64,000 bases of DNA, taken from NCBI GenBank assembly GCA_964450385.1, contig CAYVEC010000004.1:22148-86147 (forward strand), given 5' to 3'. The DNA is from an uncultured Planctomycetales bacterium. Lineage in GTDB: Bacteria; Omnitrophota; Gorgyraeia; Zapsychrales; JANLHA01. The stretch's first letter is position 1. The stretch itself is not shown here. The text below holds more notes on this DNA, generated by a model. The model made no database searches, had not been told where the DNA came from, and was given only the letters and a program-made list of their open reading frames with translations.

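Noticed and set aside
1-64000. Search for rRNA, tRNA, CRISPR arrays, transposase/integrase genes and inverted terminal repeats
   Set aside because: No cloverleaf-like or rRNA-like conserved stretches, no regularly spaced direct repeats with spacers, and no DDE or tyrosine-recombinase motifs were seen. Apart from the diverged tandem duplication inside the giant ORF and the 13-mer cluster, no repeat structure was found.

Overview
High-GC bacterial window (roughly 58% GC by eye) with all real genes on the + strand. Positions 1-3388 hold the tail of a tight-adherence (Tad/Flp) pilus locus. This comprises a 5'-truncated hypothetical gene, an Flp-type pilin with a cysteine-rich tail, and tadB and tadC (both with T2SS-F domains). 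A hairpin/T-tract terminator follows, then a 480-bp AT-rich intergenic region carrying three exact copies of TTAATGTCCAAAA and a sigma70-like promoter. From the ATG at 3871 to the window end at 64000, + frame 1 reads as one uninterrupted ORF of more than 60,130 nt (at least 20,043 codons) with no stop codon. The supplied ORF track lists no + frame-1 ORF anywhere in this span. That is what an ATG-to-stop ORF finder would produce for an unterminated ORF. I codon-split the whole span by hand and saw no in-frame TAA/TAG/TGA. The encoded giant protein is mosaic. It starts with an N-terminal membrane anchor and a C39-like cysteine-peptidase domain. Two large Gly/Ala-rich polytopic membrane blocks follow, the second carrying a glycosyltransferase-2-like TED..GYR signature and HEAT repeats. 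Between them lie coiled-coil and Pro/Ala/Ser-rich linkers, a degenerate M23-like domain, and a clan GH-A (TIM-barrel, NE..SEMG) glycosidase-like domain. The visible C-terminal part is a concatenation of small phospho-metabolite enzyme modules. These are four clear guanylate-kinase-like P-loop domains (plus one degenerate P-loop), three paralogous Nudix modules, a DUF218/YdcF-like domain, an HEIGH motif and a HAD-IIB phosphatase domain. A diverged tandem duplication of about 0.9 kb is also present. No rRNA, tRNA, CRISPR or transposase signatures were seen. All minus-strand ORFs in the track look like antisense shadow ORFs. The giant membrane-anchored multi-enzyme gene sitting directly downstream of a Tad pilus locus is the notable system. 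It resembles the giant ORFs reported in some uncultivated host-associated bacteria such as Omnitrophota, but that link is inference only.
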